Shown in pieces: positions 1 to 11,821 of a stretch of DNA of 64,000 nucleotides. A model generated the notes under the pieces. It saw only the letters and a program-made list of their open reading frames with translations. It did not search any database and was not told the origin of the DNA. This DNA is from Azolla caroliniana (taxonomy: Eukaryota; Plantae; Polypodiophyta): contig JBHGNT010000009.1 of the NCBI GenBank assembly GCA_043228905.1, forward strand, positions 19,282,001-19,346,000. Reading direction: 5' to 3'. The first letter of the stretch is position 1. Each line of letters opens with the position of its first letter. The position numbers and the translations under genes are program-made.

Positions 1-2434
1 TCATGTCATAAATTGGTTTATATTGTTTTGTCAATTCTGTATTCATAAACAGTTTAGAAGTTTGATCAAGTCTGGCGAAATGTTTCTTCACAAGGGATAG
101 GACTGTACTGACACTATCACCATCAGTGTCACTATTAATCAGTAAATCAATCCAAGATGGTGGTGTAGAGGTTTTAAAGATGGGCAAATATTATAACTGG
201 TCACCATGGCCGAGAATTAGTTGTTGCCACCTTGCTGTGGAATTCTTTGCTGGAATATTACCAAAATCCTCGTAACTAGAAAATGATGATAATACTACAA
301 ACTGAAAGCTCCATGAACATAAGGAGAGAGTGTAACCGAGCTTGGGGAAAAACGAACTCGTTGACAAGAAAATCATATATGAACCAATTCAGCTGCATTT
401 TCCTAGTGCCTGAATCATAGACAAGTGGGTGCTTGATGCCCCCAAACAAATAATTCAGTAGTTGATTATCAGGCCTGGAATACAAGAGATAGAATCTTTG
501 CATCATCTGACATGACCACTTAAGAATATGCTACTATTTGTTACTATATCTAAATTAGCATCAGCTCCATGGTTTTAAAAATTGAATGAAACTCATTGGA
601 GGGCTTCAATTTATGATAAAGATTCTGATGGAATAATATCCTTGAAGCGTCCTTAAGAAATTTGAAGGTCTAAATGCCTGATGAGTTGAAAGTGAGAGTG
701 ATTTCATTAGATGAACGTATTCAAAGAACAACCTGGACCTGGTAATTTGATGGTGTTTTGCCGACTAATCGAACCGTACAATTTATTTTATCAATTGTGC
801 TGGGTTAGGCTTCTGTTTATCGCCATCATATCTAATTCGTTGCACAAGTTTAAACTTCAACTATGCTGAGTATATGTCATTCCTGTAAGTTGAAACGGAT
901 GATTTTCATGCGACATTTAAATTAGAAATGGACATAGAAAAGTTTATATGAACTTTTTTGTTTTCCCAGGCTGTTAGCATATTCATTGATTTGGATGAAT
1001 CAGGAGGACGTGCTAATGAGTGGATATACAGATGATCTGCTAGAGGAAGGTTTGATCTTCATGAAGAATCTTAGGATACTTACATATACTCAAGAGTTCT
1101 ATCATATAAATGCTTGTTTCAGTTGGAGTTTTAAGCTTGATAAATAGTTTGAAGGTTTTTATTTATATTTAAAATGGAGTTCTACTCATAAACTATCTGT
1201 TTTCGCAGGTTTTGATCATACATATTCATTGATGTGATTGAAGCAGGAGTACGTATTTGCTAATGAATGGAATGCACAAATGATTCGAGGATTTTAAAGT
1301 TAAATCCTCTGGATGTCATGGTTCATTTTCTTTCTCCTGGCCTCTTCCTGTATTTTGGAAGCACATCTGTAAAATGTGTGAGAGAAACATTGTACATTGT
1401 ATTTTAATATCAAACTGCTTTCTTTATATAAGCTCCCAGAGGCCGAAGGTCCAATAGCCTGGCACCTCATTGAAAATTAACCTTGGAGAATTGTAATCAT
1501 TATTATATGTTCACATTCATGATGTTTCTTTGTTATAAGAAGTGTTTGCAGTTCAATCAACCATTGAAAGACGTGATGGGGACATTTGTTTTTTCAGGAG
1601 AACATGAGTCATTGAGGGATGATATTCCATAGCCAAAACGTTCTCTAAACTAAAATTTTCGAAACATTCTTTCGTTATTGCAGCTTGAATGGATTCTACG
1701 AAAACATATTATGAAAATCTAGGAAGGAAACGGAAAGCCCACATGACATCTAAGGCCATGAAACAACATAGATCGTAGCTTGTCTTAGAATTTGGCCTTC
1801 AATGGAAGTTTGTCATTGTTGTTTGATAACTGCACATAGCATCTTTTGAAAAGGGAAGACTGTCAGGGAAGGTTTGACTGCACTTCAGTAGACATTGTTA
1901 ATTACAATTTACTTATTAATACGGGAAAGTCCAGATGACATCTAAGGCCATGAAACAACATGGATTGTTTCTCTGTTTTAAATTTTGGCCTCTGATGGAA
2001 GATTGTCATTGTTGTACAGAACTGCGCATAGCATCTTTTTGATGATTTGATGTAATGGAGAATTGTGTATGAGTTGTATTAAGTCCTTTATGGCCAAATA
2101 ATACAAGTGCACATCTCAATGTCTAGGGATGTACCAATGTTGGCATCCTCTTTGGGTAACTCTTTTGTTGTCAATGCCTTGTGCTACTTAGATTCATTGT
2201 CTCCTCTTTGGATGTGTCTATGTACATTGATACAAATCTAGCCTTGAGCACATAGAAACGGAAGATAGATGCAAAGTTAATGCCCTTTGTTATAAGAAGC
2301 TAGTGATTACAAGTTAATGATTTCAACTATCACATCTTCTCATAAACCAAATATCTAGATCAAAATGTTCTCAGAATTTCATTTGTCCCTCACTATACTT
2401 GTCTCAAGTAAGTTCCATCTACTTCCTAGGTGTT

Positions 2435-2636
2435 TACATTTGGCCCTTTCTAGCTAGTAATCTTCACATAATTTCATCTTGTTGAATGTAGTGGTTGCTC
2501 TCAATTTACTAAATGCCACTATGAAATGTAGGGGTTGAACCCATGACCTTTTGGTCTCCATCAGGAGAGGACAACCCTACCAATTTAGCAGCCCTTACAT
2601 TTGACCTTTTCTAACAATCTTCTCTTTTTTCCCTCT
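2435..2636 (-). repeat. Left part of a tRNA-derived (SINE-head-like) tandem array, interrupted by the copia insertion
   Basis: Contains aatgtaggggttgaacccatgaccttttggtctcc...caaccctaccaatttagc. Its reverse complement reads gctaaattggtagggttg...ggtcatgggttcaacccctac, with A-box-like and B-box-like motifs. The same unit resumes after the TSD at 8387. Confidence 0.7.
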
Positions 2637-3091
2637 TGTTGAGTGAGCAAGCTCAACCGGATACGGATCGGTTGAATAAGCCTGAGCTAGATCGGCATCC
2701 GGGAGGATGAGCCGGATTGGTATCCGGAAACAACTGGCCGGATCGGGGAGACGGATCGGAGAGCCGGATTCAAGCGGGAACCAAAAGCCTAGTAGTAGCC
2801 TAGACTACTAGGTAATCATTGTCTCGTAGTTAATGTCAATCGCACGTATGAGCATTGAAGTACCTATCAGTACATCTGTCAGTCCTTTATGGACTTGTAT
2901 AAATAGTGTTGTTTAGCACGTTGTATGTACAGTGTTTTAGAGTTATTTTGAATATAATCTATGTTCTGCTCTCTCTGTCTCTCCTGTATATACTCTCTAT
3001 GTTAAGCTTCTCCATTAAACCGTCATCTCATTTTCTGTTGCTACACGACTGAGTCGGTTCTGTCTGATGCTTCCGCACATTAACATTCACA
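2637..3091 (+). repeat. 5' LTR of copia element 1
   Basis: Starts tgttgagtgagc and ends cattcaca; direct repeat of 7929-8386; internal tataaata. Confidence 0.95.
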
Positions 3092-3102
3092 TGGTATCAG
3101 AG
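3092..3102 (+). other. Primer-binding site (tRNA-iMet type)
   Basis: tggtatcagag immediately after the 5' LTR, the canonical plant iMet PBS. Confidence 0.93.
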
Positions 3103-3185
3103 TGCGAGGGTTGAGAACCTCTGCAGCTGACGCTTGCTTTCTTAGACGAACCCTAGAACCCGGCAACAACAGACAGAGAGAAGAC

Positions 3186-6100
3186 ATGGACAGAGGAATG
3201 GTGAGTTCACTTCCAAGAGAGAAGCTCACCAGAGCAACTACGCATCCTGGTCATACACGATGCACCAGTACCTGCTGGAGCATGGATATTGGAGCTTCGT
3301 GGAATGAACGAACGAGGTAGCACCGGAGCCGACACACAGTGACTTCCCGGTATGGGAGCAAGGAGCGAGCCGAGTATTGTACTGCCTCTCATCCTATGTG
3401 CACGATCATATGCTCGGCTACATCAAGGATGCAAAGACGCCGAAGGAGGCCTGGGGAAATCGAAGATTTTCGCTGCGAGTACCACAGCCCGTAAGTTGCA
3501 GCTCCGGCAAGAGCTGAACAACATTCGGCAAAGCGACATGTCGGTTACAGACTACACCACCAAGATAAAGGAGATTTGTGACGCACTTGGGTCCATCAAC
3601 ATGACGGTGGACGACGACGAGATGGTACAAATCTGCCTCGGTGGTCTAGCGCAAAGGCACAAGCCAATCCAGACAACGATCTACACCCGGGAGAAACCAT
3701 CGTCCTTCTACTTGCAATCAATGCTGATGGTCGAAGAAAACCACACGAGTGGGTCAAGGACCACTCAATCGGACGGCCAGATGTTGTACACGGAGACAGA
3801 TCGGGCCCATGGACGTGGTGGACGTGGTGGACGAGGTGAGTCGGCACGCAATGGAGGCGGCCGACAAGAGCAGGACCGGAGGCACAGAGGTGGTGCCGAC
3901 AGCAATTCCGGACCCTCCACAAGCAGGGGCAGTCAAACCAGCGCCAGGAACCGGCAAGGAAAGGCCGACACAGAATGCTGGTATTGTGGCAAAAAGGGCC
4001 ATAGGGAAAGCGAGTGCTGGAAGAAACGCGCCGATTCGGACAAATCTGGATACGGCAAAACCGGTCGGAAGAACCGGCAAAGATCGCTCTATGCGGAAGG
4101 ATCCGAAGGATCCGGAACCGGGAAAACCGGTAAAGGGCCAGCCTTCGTGATGAAACACAAGGCTAACTTGATGAACAAGACTACTTCCAAATCGGAGGAA
4201 GTATGGTACGTTGATTCCGAAGCGTCCAACCACATGACGAGCCATGAAGAGTGGTTCTCCTTTTTGGAGAACCTAGAACAACTAGGGATTATCGAAACTG
4301 GAGGCGACACCCCTCACCCGATTGTGCATGTAAGAGAAGTCCCTTTAAGCCATGTCAGACGAAAGGGGAAGCTGATGAACGTACTACACGTTCCGACTAT
4401 CACAAAGAACCTGGTGTCCGTTGGACAAATCGTCGACCAGGGGATGCAAGTGCGGTTTATGCACCTAGGGTGCTTCATCGAGGAAGAAGGTCGGATACTT
4501 GCGCAAGGGCGTAGAGAAGGGAGGATGTTCATCCTCAACACCAATGACATTGGCACCGCCATGTTTTCCAAAGGGCAGAAGGTCGAGTCGAACATCGACC
4601 TGTGGCACAAGTGGATTGGCCATGTCAACTACTAGAGGCTTCAGGACCTGCAATCGAAACAAGTTGTTTTCGGTTTGCCGAAATTTAGCAGCCGGAAGGC
4701 CAAAATTTGTGAAGCCAACCAACTCAAGAAGCAACACCAGCTTCCATTCCCCACCGATCAAAACCGGAGCCATAACAAGCTCGATTTAATCCATTCGGAT
4801 GTATGGGGACTGGCACAAAGCATTAGTCTTGACAGGAGACGGTATTTTGTCTCCTTCATCGACGACTACAGCCGACACACGTGGATCTACCTCATCGAGA
4901 GGAAGAGCGAAGTCTTCGAGTGTTTCCGGAACCTTCAAAGCTTGGTTGAACGGGAAATGGAGAGGAAGATCAAGTGCTTGCGGTCGGATGGCGGGAAAGA
5001 ATACTTCTCCGGCCAATTCAACAGTTATCTGCAGCAGAACGGAATTCGGAGAGAATTCAGCTTCAGGTACACACCGGAGCAAAACGGTGTGACCGAAAGG
5101 AAGAATTGGTTGATTGTCGACACGGCAAGGGCAATGTTGGAGGAGAAGAGCTGCCCCATTTCTACTGGGCTGAGGCAGTCCGAATGGCCGTCTACATCCA
5201 AAACCGAATTGGTGACAAGGTGTTAGCACACGAACTGTATTTCGGGTGCAAGCCGAATTTGAGACACCTTCGGATATTCGGTAGCATAGCATATGTGCAT
5301 GTACCGGATGAGAAGCGGAAGAAGCTAGATCCAAATTCGGAGAAATGCATCCTAGTTGGCTACTCGCATGAGCAGAAGGGGTATAAGTGTTATAACCCTC
5401 GGACTAAGCAAGTCCGAGTAAGCCGAGATGTCAAGTTTGATGAGATGACATCATGGTACTCCTTACTGATTCCAACTCCCAACCAAGACCCGATTCCGAA
5501 AGATGACGCTAGTGAGCCCGAGGAGGTCCAGGTAGAAGATAAAGATTTTGGCACTCTAGAAGAGAGGCTGATCTCATTCTGGTTGAGTGGACCAAATGAG
5601 CGGTTGAGTCGGGATTGTTACGGGCATGACCATATAATATCTCGTGGTGAGAATTTACCGTAGTATTCTATACACGTGGATAAGTCTGAGGGTTAAACGA
5701 GAGTGTAAAGAAGGGGAGGATTACTTTTAATCCTCGGGATTGAGACAACCCCTTAGGCCAAGTGTGAACTTGCCTGGGGGCCTTGGGTATCGCTAGAAAT
5801 AAGAGGCCTAGCTACCCTCATTTCATCATCTTTTGACTACGTCGAGACTCTCTTTCTCGGTGGTTCAACTCTTGTAGCGAGCGTGCCAGCACCAGGTACG
5901 ACTCGACACCACGGCGGTCATATGGGACGCCGATCGAGGCTCGAGTTCGTCTCGATCCCTTCGCTCGGGGGTGTTCAGGTGGATCGACACCCTTCTTTCT
6001 CTCTCTCCTCTCTATCTAGAACTATCGTTTAACCTTATCCTTTGCTTACATTAGTACATATCTCTAATAGGGATGACCAATCGGATGAAGAACCGGCGAG

Positions 6101-7471
6101 TAATGGAGACTCTGTTGTGCTCTCCCCGTGCAAGGAACCGAGGAGACGGTTCACGCGCAAAGAGAAAGGGAAGCAGAAACTGTCAGAATACGAAACCGAC
6201 GACGTTGAGTTGGATCGGAGCGAATCCGACTCTAGAAAGGATGAAGGCGGATCTTCGGGAACGAAGTCCAAACCGGCCAAGAAGGGCCCCAAACTGGGTG
6301 ATGACAAGTTATGCCGGTCATCCCGCCAGAAGAACCCCCTTAGGCAATACGGGTACAATGAATACATGGCGCATCACTATGCATACATGACTAAAGTGGC
6401 GGAAGTGCGTGAGCCAGAGAGCTACACAGAAGCGGCAAAGGATGCAAATTTGCGTGCCACTATGGAAGAAGAAATGTGGGCACTCGATGCCAACGACACA
6501 TGGGACCTCGTTGACCCTCCCCAACACTATAAAACGATCGATTACAAATGGGTGTACAAGGTAAAGTACAATGCCAACGGTTCAACTAACCGGTACAAGG
6601 CCCGGTTAGTGGCGAAGGGATACCGACAGACCCACAAAATCGATTACGACGAGACCTTCGCCCCGATAGCGATGATGACGACGGTTCGTGTGCTACTGGT
6701 AGTTGTTGTGGCAAGGGGGTGGCATCTTCACCAGATGGACGTGAAGAATGTGTTTCTTCAAGGTGACCTTGAAGAACGGGTCTATATGATCCAACCTCCC
6801 GGTTTTCAATCGGAGATGAACAAGTTGGCGGTGTGCCGGCTTAAGAAGTCACTTTACGGTCTAAAACAAGCCCCCTGAGCTTGAAATTCGAAGATTACGC
6901 ATCAGTTGCATAAGATGGGGTTTGTGACCTCTAAATCCGACTCATTGTTGTTCATCCGGCAAGGTCCGGACGGTCCGGTTTGCATCTTGCTTTATGTAGA
7001 TGATTTGGTCATCACCGGACCCAGACTCAATGAAATCAGTCGAGTAAAGTTCCAGCTGTCGGACGCATTTGAAATGAAGAACCTGGGGGACCTTCATTAT
7101 TTTCTTGGGATCGAGGTGATCCAAACCCCCGACAACATATTGTTCTCACAACGACACTATGTGTTGAATATGTTGTACAAGTTCGGTATGACGAAATGTT
7201 GCCATGTCTCCACACCCCTAGACCAGAACTAGAAGCTTTGTCCCAACTCCGGACCGGCCTGTGATGAGAAACGGTTCCGACAAATCGTCAAAAGCCTCAT
7301 ATACCTGACAATCACTCGACCCAACCTCAGTTACCCGGTCAAAGTGATCAGCCAATTCATGTAGAAGCCGACCGTCAAGCACCTTCAGTGTGCACACCGT
7401 ATACTCCAGTATGTTAGTAGCACGAAGGATCGGGGACTGTTATACCGACAAGGTATAGCTGGGAAGCTAGT
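3186..7471 (+). pseudogene. Copia gag-pol polyprotein, fragmented by frameshifts, stops and a nested solo LTR; RNase H not found
   Basis: ORF pieces 3352-4635, 4675-5226, 4974-5663, 6042-6878 and 6906-7232 carry gag, PR, IN and RT motifs in different frames. Confidence 0.92.
5616..6069. mobile_element. Solo LTR of an unrelated family nested in copia element 1
   Basis: 454-bp insert tgtta...taata (degenerate TGTTA...TAACA) flanked by 5-bp TSD GGGAT (5611-5615, 6070-6074). Removing it restores ...ERLSRDDQSDEEP... in pol. Confidence 0.88.
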
Positions 7472-7919
7472 CAAGAAGGACAGAGTCGACCGGAAGAAGA
7501 AGGCCAAGACCTGGACATGGTCTGATATGGTGAAGGGCCTGAAACTAGAAGACGAGTTGGAGAACACCGACTCAAACAAGAGCTGGAACAAATCGAAGGA
7601 AACCGATTCGAATCAAGATTTGGAGAAGCCGGATCAACTAAAGGCCAAATGGACACGAACGCAACGGAAGCCGACGCCAACACGAAGGAACTAATGGGTC
7701 GACAAGCGCCGAAGTCATAGTAGTGAGGGAGTTGAAATGGGTTTGTTGAGCAGACAAGCCGACCGAGGAGGTCAAAGTGCGCAGAACCAGAAGGGTCGCG
7801 GCAAACAGGACCGGACCGGACGAGGAGCGCAAGCAAGGCAGTGCAACGCCATAAAGAGCCACGTAGAAGAACCGGCAGCCACGGACACTTACACCACGAT
7901 CCGACCTCAAGTTGAGCTT

Positions 7920-7928
7920 GAGGGGGAG
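7920..7928 (+). other. Polypurine tract of copia element 1
   Basis: gagggggag directly before the 3' LTR TG. Confidence 0.85.
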
Positions 7929-8386
7929 TGTTGAGTGAGCAAGCTCAATTGGATCTGGATCGGCTAAATAAGCCTGAGCCGGATGGGCACCCGGAAGGAT
8001 GAGCTGGATCGGTATCCGGATAGTATCCGGAAACAACCAGCTGGCTCGGGGAGACAGATCAGAGAGCCGTATTCAAGCAGGAGCCAGAAGCTTAGTAGTA
8101 GCCTAGACTACTAGGTAATCATTGTCTCGTAGTTAATGTCAATCGCACGTATGAGCATTGAAGTACCTATCAGTACTTCTACCAGTCCTTTATGGACTTG
8201 TATAAATAGTGTTGTTTAGCACGTTGTATGTACCAAGTTTTAGAGTTATTTTGAATATAGTCTATGTTCTGCTCTCTCTTGTATATACTCTTTGTGTTAA
8301 GCTTATCCATTAAACCTTCATCTCATTTTCTGTTGCTATCCAGCTAAGTCGGTTCTGTCTAACGCTTCCGCACATTAACATTCACA
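7929..8386 (+). repeat. 3' LTR of copia element 1
   Basis: Direct repeat of 2637-3091, followed by TSD CCTCT. Confidence 0.95.
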
Positions 8387-9347
8387 CCTCTCTTACTAGA
8401 TGTCACAGGAATGTAGGGATTGGACCTATGACATTTTGGTCGCCATTGAGTATCCTCCCTTTCTAGTAATCTTCTTTCTTTCTCTCAAATGCCATTGTGG
8501 AATCTTACCAATTGATACCAATTGATCTGCCCTTACATTTGACCTTTTCTAGTAATCTTCTCTTTTTTCCCTCTCTCTATATTTACTAGATGTGTCAAGA
8601 ATGTAGAGGTTGAACCTATGACCTTTTGATGACCATTGAGTAACCTCCCTTTCTAGTAATCTTCTTTCTCTCTCTCAAATGCCATTGTGGAATGTAGGGG
8701 TTGAACCCATGACCTTCTGGTCTCCATAGTGCAAGGACAACCTTACCAATTGAGATACCCTTACATTTGACGTTTTCTAATAATATTCTCTTCTTTCCCT
8801 CTCTCTCTAAATTTACTAGATGTCGCTGGAATTTAGGGGTTGAACCTATGGACTTCTAGTGACCATTGAGTAACCACCCTTTCTAGTAATATTTTTTCTC
8901 TCTCAAATGCCATTGTGGAATGTAGGGGTTGAACCCATGACCTTCTAGTCTCCATAATGCAAGGACAACCTTACCAATTGAGATACCCGTACATTTGGCC
9001 TTTTCCAATAATCTTTTCTCTCTCTCTCTCTAAATACCACTATAGAGTGTAAGGGTTACACCCATGATCTTTTGGTCCCCATTGAGCAACCTTATCGACT
9101 GAGGGACATCCATCCAGGAAACAGAAAAACACACATACTTACACTCTCTCTCACTTTTTATCGTAATTAGCTTACCCTAGTGATAAGTTGTTACACTAGA
9201 CGCATTGTGTCTTGGGTTCGAAACCCAATTTCCTCACCTCTCTATTATATACTTCATCATATCTCTTAATTCACTAGATGCCACTATGAAATGTAGGGGT
9301 TGAACCCATGACCTCCTTGTCTCGATTGGGCAACCTTACCAACTAAA

Positions 9348-9394
<47 letters not shown>

Positions 9395-9470
9395 CATAGA
9401 TATCTCTTTATTTAGTAGATGCCACTCTGGAATGTAGGGTTGAACCTATGACAGGTGCCCATTGAGCTAT
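8387..9470 (-). repeat. tRNA-derived SINE-head tandem array (about 8-9 heads, alternating long and short units, period about 228 bp), ending near a (CT)n tract
   Basis: Recurring aatgtaggggttgaacccatgacc at about 8410, 8600, 8690, 8830, 8918, 9046, 9290 and 9430; the reverse complement has a B-box-like GGTTCAACCCC. Confidence 0.75.
9165..9235 (+). repeat. Second tRNA-like (Pol III A/B box) head
   Basis: taccctagtgataag resembles A-box TAGCCTAGTGGTAAG; perfect B-box ggttcgaaacc at 9215-9225; related copy on the minus strand at about 13470-13525. Confidence 0.55.
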
Positions 9471-10795
9471 ACATCCATCTAGGAACTTTCTCTCTCTTAC
9501 TCCCATTGCATGTTGAAGAATAGCTAGATGTACACACATAGGAGTCCATTCTTTTGTCAATCTAATTGATAACTCTTCATACGAAGTGGAGAACAATCCA
9601 ACGTATATTTAAGTTCAAATACTATTGTGAATGTATTAATACTCGAATTTGGGAAAATTGCCTAAGCTCACATTTAGATAGCCATGCAAAAGAGAGTCAG
9701 ATGGTGCATGCGCATTTTGAAATTAGAAACTAGAGGTTGGTTGAATATTGACTAGAAACAAGAATTTGTGAAGTATGTTTGCTCAACATACCAAAATGAA
9801 AAGACATGATACATTTTTGAATACCTTGCAAATGTGTACATCAACTCCACACAATTGTGGAACCATCGCCGACAACACTATTCGTTTTCTTTGCTCATCT
9901 ACCTTACCACAAAACCACACTCATGGATGATTTTAACAATAAATTTCAAAACCAAATAGCTCTCTTTTTCAGCTTTCATTATTTTTCCTTCTGTTATACT
10001 ATTTGAAAATCCCCAGTCTACAAGGTTGGGGGGAGTCTTTTGTTGTAATTGGATGGTTTCATTGGGCATGCTTGTCTCCTCATGGGCACTGATACATCAT
10101 TGTCATCACTCACTCACTCTCTATATCTCTCTCATACAACAAACATGAATTGTATCACATGCAATGAGAAGAAGGAGAAAAAGTGAATGTGTTCACCAAG
10201 CAAACGTAATATGAATGCACTTATAGATTGATGAGTATAAACAACCTAAGGTGTCGATCCTCATTGGATTTTTCATGAATATAAGTAAAGAAGAGGGAGC
10301 AAACGAGGGCTATAGGCATAAAAGTCAAAGCCTTGTTGATTTGATGATGAAAGTGGAAGAAGTGGCAAACCTACATCAAATAAATGAAGATAAAAAAGAT
10401 CCAATTAGATTCAGATGAAGACAAAGATACAAGTGAATCTAAAAATAAGTCATTTGTGAACAAGGTGTGAATGTGGTGGCAAGAGAAAGACTATTATGAT
10501 TATCCTATTCATACACAACCTCATAGCTCATACATATGTGCTCACGTGATTTCACTTCCTTGCCATCCAAGATATAGCTTATGCACGGGGACAACCTACA
10601 CATGTAGACCATACAATGGCCCCTTTACAATTGCACATGTGCTTCGATGTTGGTCTATACCCACTTCACTTGCATGGGCATGCTAACATCTAAACCTCCA
10701 AATTACCATGTGCATCACAACTACAAAGAGTTGATAGAACTAAATAGTAAGTACAATTAAAAGTTGAAAGAATAGAATATGTATATTTATATATA

Positions 10796-11821
10796 CAATA
10801 GACATTCGGTTAAGTGCGCACTTTGATAGCCAGGGAAATGTGCGCGCTTAAGCGAGCTGTGCTTTAGGGCTTTTTCAGTAAAAAAAAAATCCCAATTTTT
10901 TCTTTCCTATTCTAATTTTGAGAAAGCCCAACCCCAACAACCATTGTTGAGGCCCTCCTTGCTGATGCAATCACCCCCACGCTACTTACCTATGTCTATT
11001 TTTTGGTGTCTATGCTATGAATACGAGAGAAAGAAGCGAAGGAAGGTCTTGTGCATAGTTTAGATGGCCTGATTCTCTACATATTTTAGATGGTAGATGT
11101 TTGGAGATTGTGCGTGATGTTGTTAGTTTGATATGTGGCATGTGGTTTAGGAAAAACAATCCACATACTTGGTTGAGATATTGCAACAAAAATACCTAAA
11201 AGTAGGGATTTGAATCCAAATACTTGTGTTAATAGATCAATAGTTATTCATCGATTAATAGCGTTCCCTTCATGTGACGGTCCACATAATGAGCTATTAA
11301 TCGATTAATAGTTTTTCTTTTATGTGAATCCACATAACAAGCCTATTAATTGATTAATAGTTTTCCCTTCATGTGAGTCCACATAATGAGCTACTAATCG
11401 ATTAATAGTTTTTCCTTTATGTGAGTTCACATAATGAGCTATTAATCGATTAATAGATTTCCCCTAATATGAGTCCACATAATGAGCTATTAATCGATTA
11501 ATAGTTTTTCTTTTATGTGAGCTCACATAATGAGCTATTAATCGATTGATAGCTTTCGCTTCATTGACCCACGCCCAACCTATGTAATAGTAGGAATGCA
11601 AGATCTAAGTTCAATTCATTTTGTGGTTCACAACATCAATTTTATTGAATGTTGATCATTTTGTTGTTTCTTGAATGTTTGGAATATAGTTTCAATTTGG
11701 TTTTATGTAATTTCATCATGAAACAATGAAATTTTTATGATCAGGATTTTGACCTCTATAAAAAGCACACTTAATAGAATGACACACTTAAGTGGGCACG
11801 CACTTAACCAAATGTCTACTA
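10796..11821. mobile_element. Non-autonomous Tc1/mariner (pogo-like) TIR element
   Basis: Left end caatagacattcggttaagtgcg and right end cgcacttaaccaaatgtctacta form an imperfect inverted repeat (consensus CAGTAGACATTYGGTTAAGTGCG), flanked by TA on both sides; no transposase ORF. Confidence 0.75.
11243..11552. repeat. 48-bp minisatellite, about 6.5 copies, built from two palindromes
   Basis: Unit of about ctattaatcgattaatag-ttttcccttc-atgtgagtccacat-aatgag; the 18-bp palindrome recurs at about 11244, 11294, 11343, 11391, 11439, 11487 and 11535. Confidence 0.92.

Larger units (their letters stand above)
2637..8386 (+). mobile_element. Ty1/copia LTR retrotransposon, both LTRs present, coding region defective
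   Basis: TG...CA LTRs at 2637-3091 and 7929-8386, 5-bp TSD CCTCT (2632-2636, 8387-8391), PBS and PPT present. Domain order is gag (CWYCGKKGHRESEC zinc knuckle), protease (WYVDSEASNHMT), integrase (LIHSDVWG, LRSDGGKEY, YTPEQNG), RT (LYVDDL). Confidence 0.97.

Noticed and set aside
191-506. Two overlapping minus-strand ORFs as a frameshifted gene
   Set aside because: No recognisable domain or splice structure; cannot be supported without a database search.
3418-8036. Antisense and alternate-frame ORFs within copia 1
   Set aside because: By-products of the GC-rich retroelement sequence; no motifs.
8387-9470. Cluster of functional tRNA genes
   Set aside because: Only A/B-box-like motifs are retained; I could not form a consistent acceptor stem or anticodon arm, and the copies are degenerate.
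11243-11552. CRISPR-like array of palindromic repeats
   Set aside because: The intervening sequences are near-identical rather than unique spacers, there are no cas genes, and the context is eukaryotic; it is a minisatellite.
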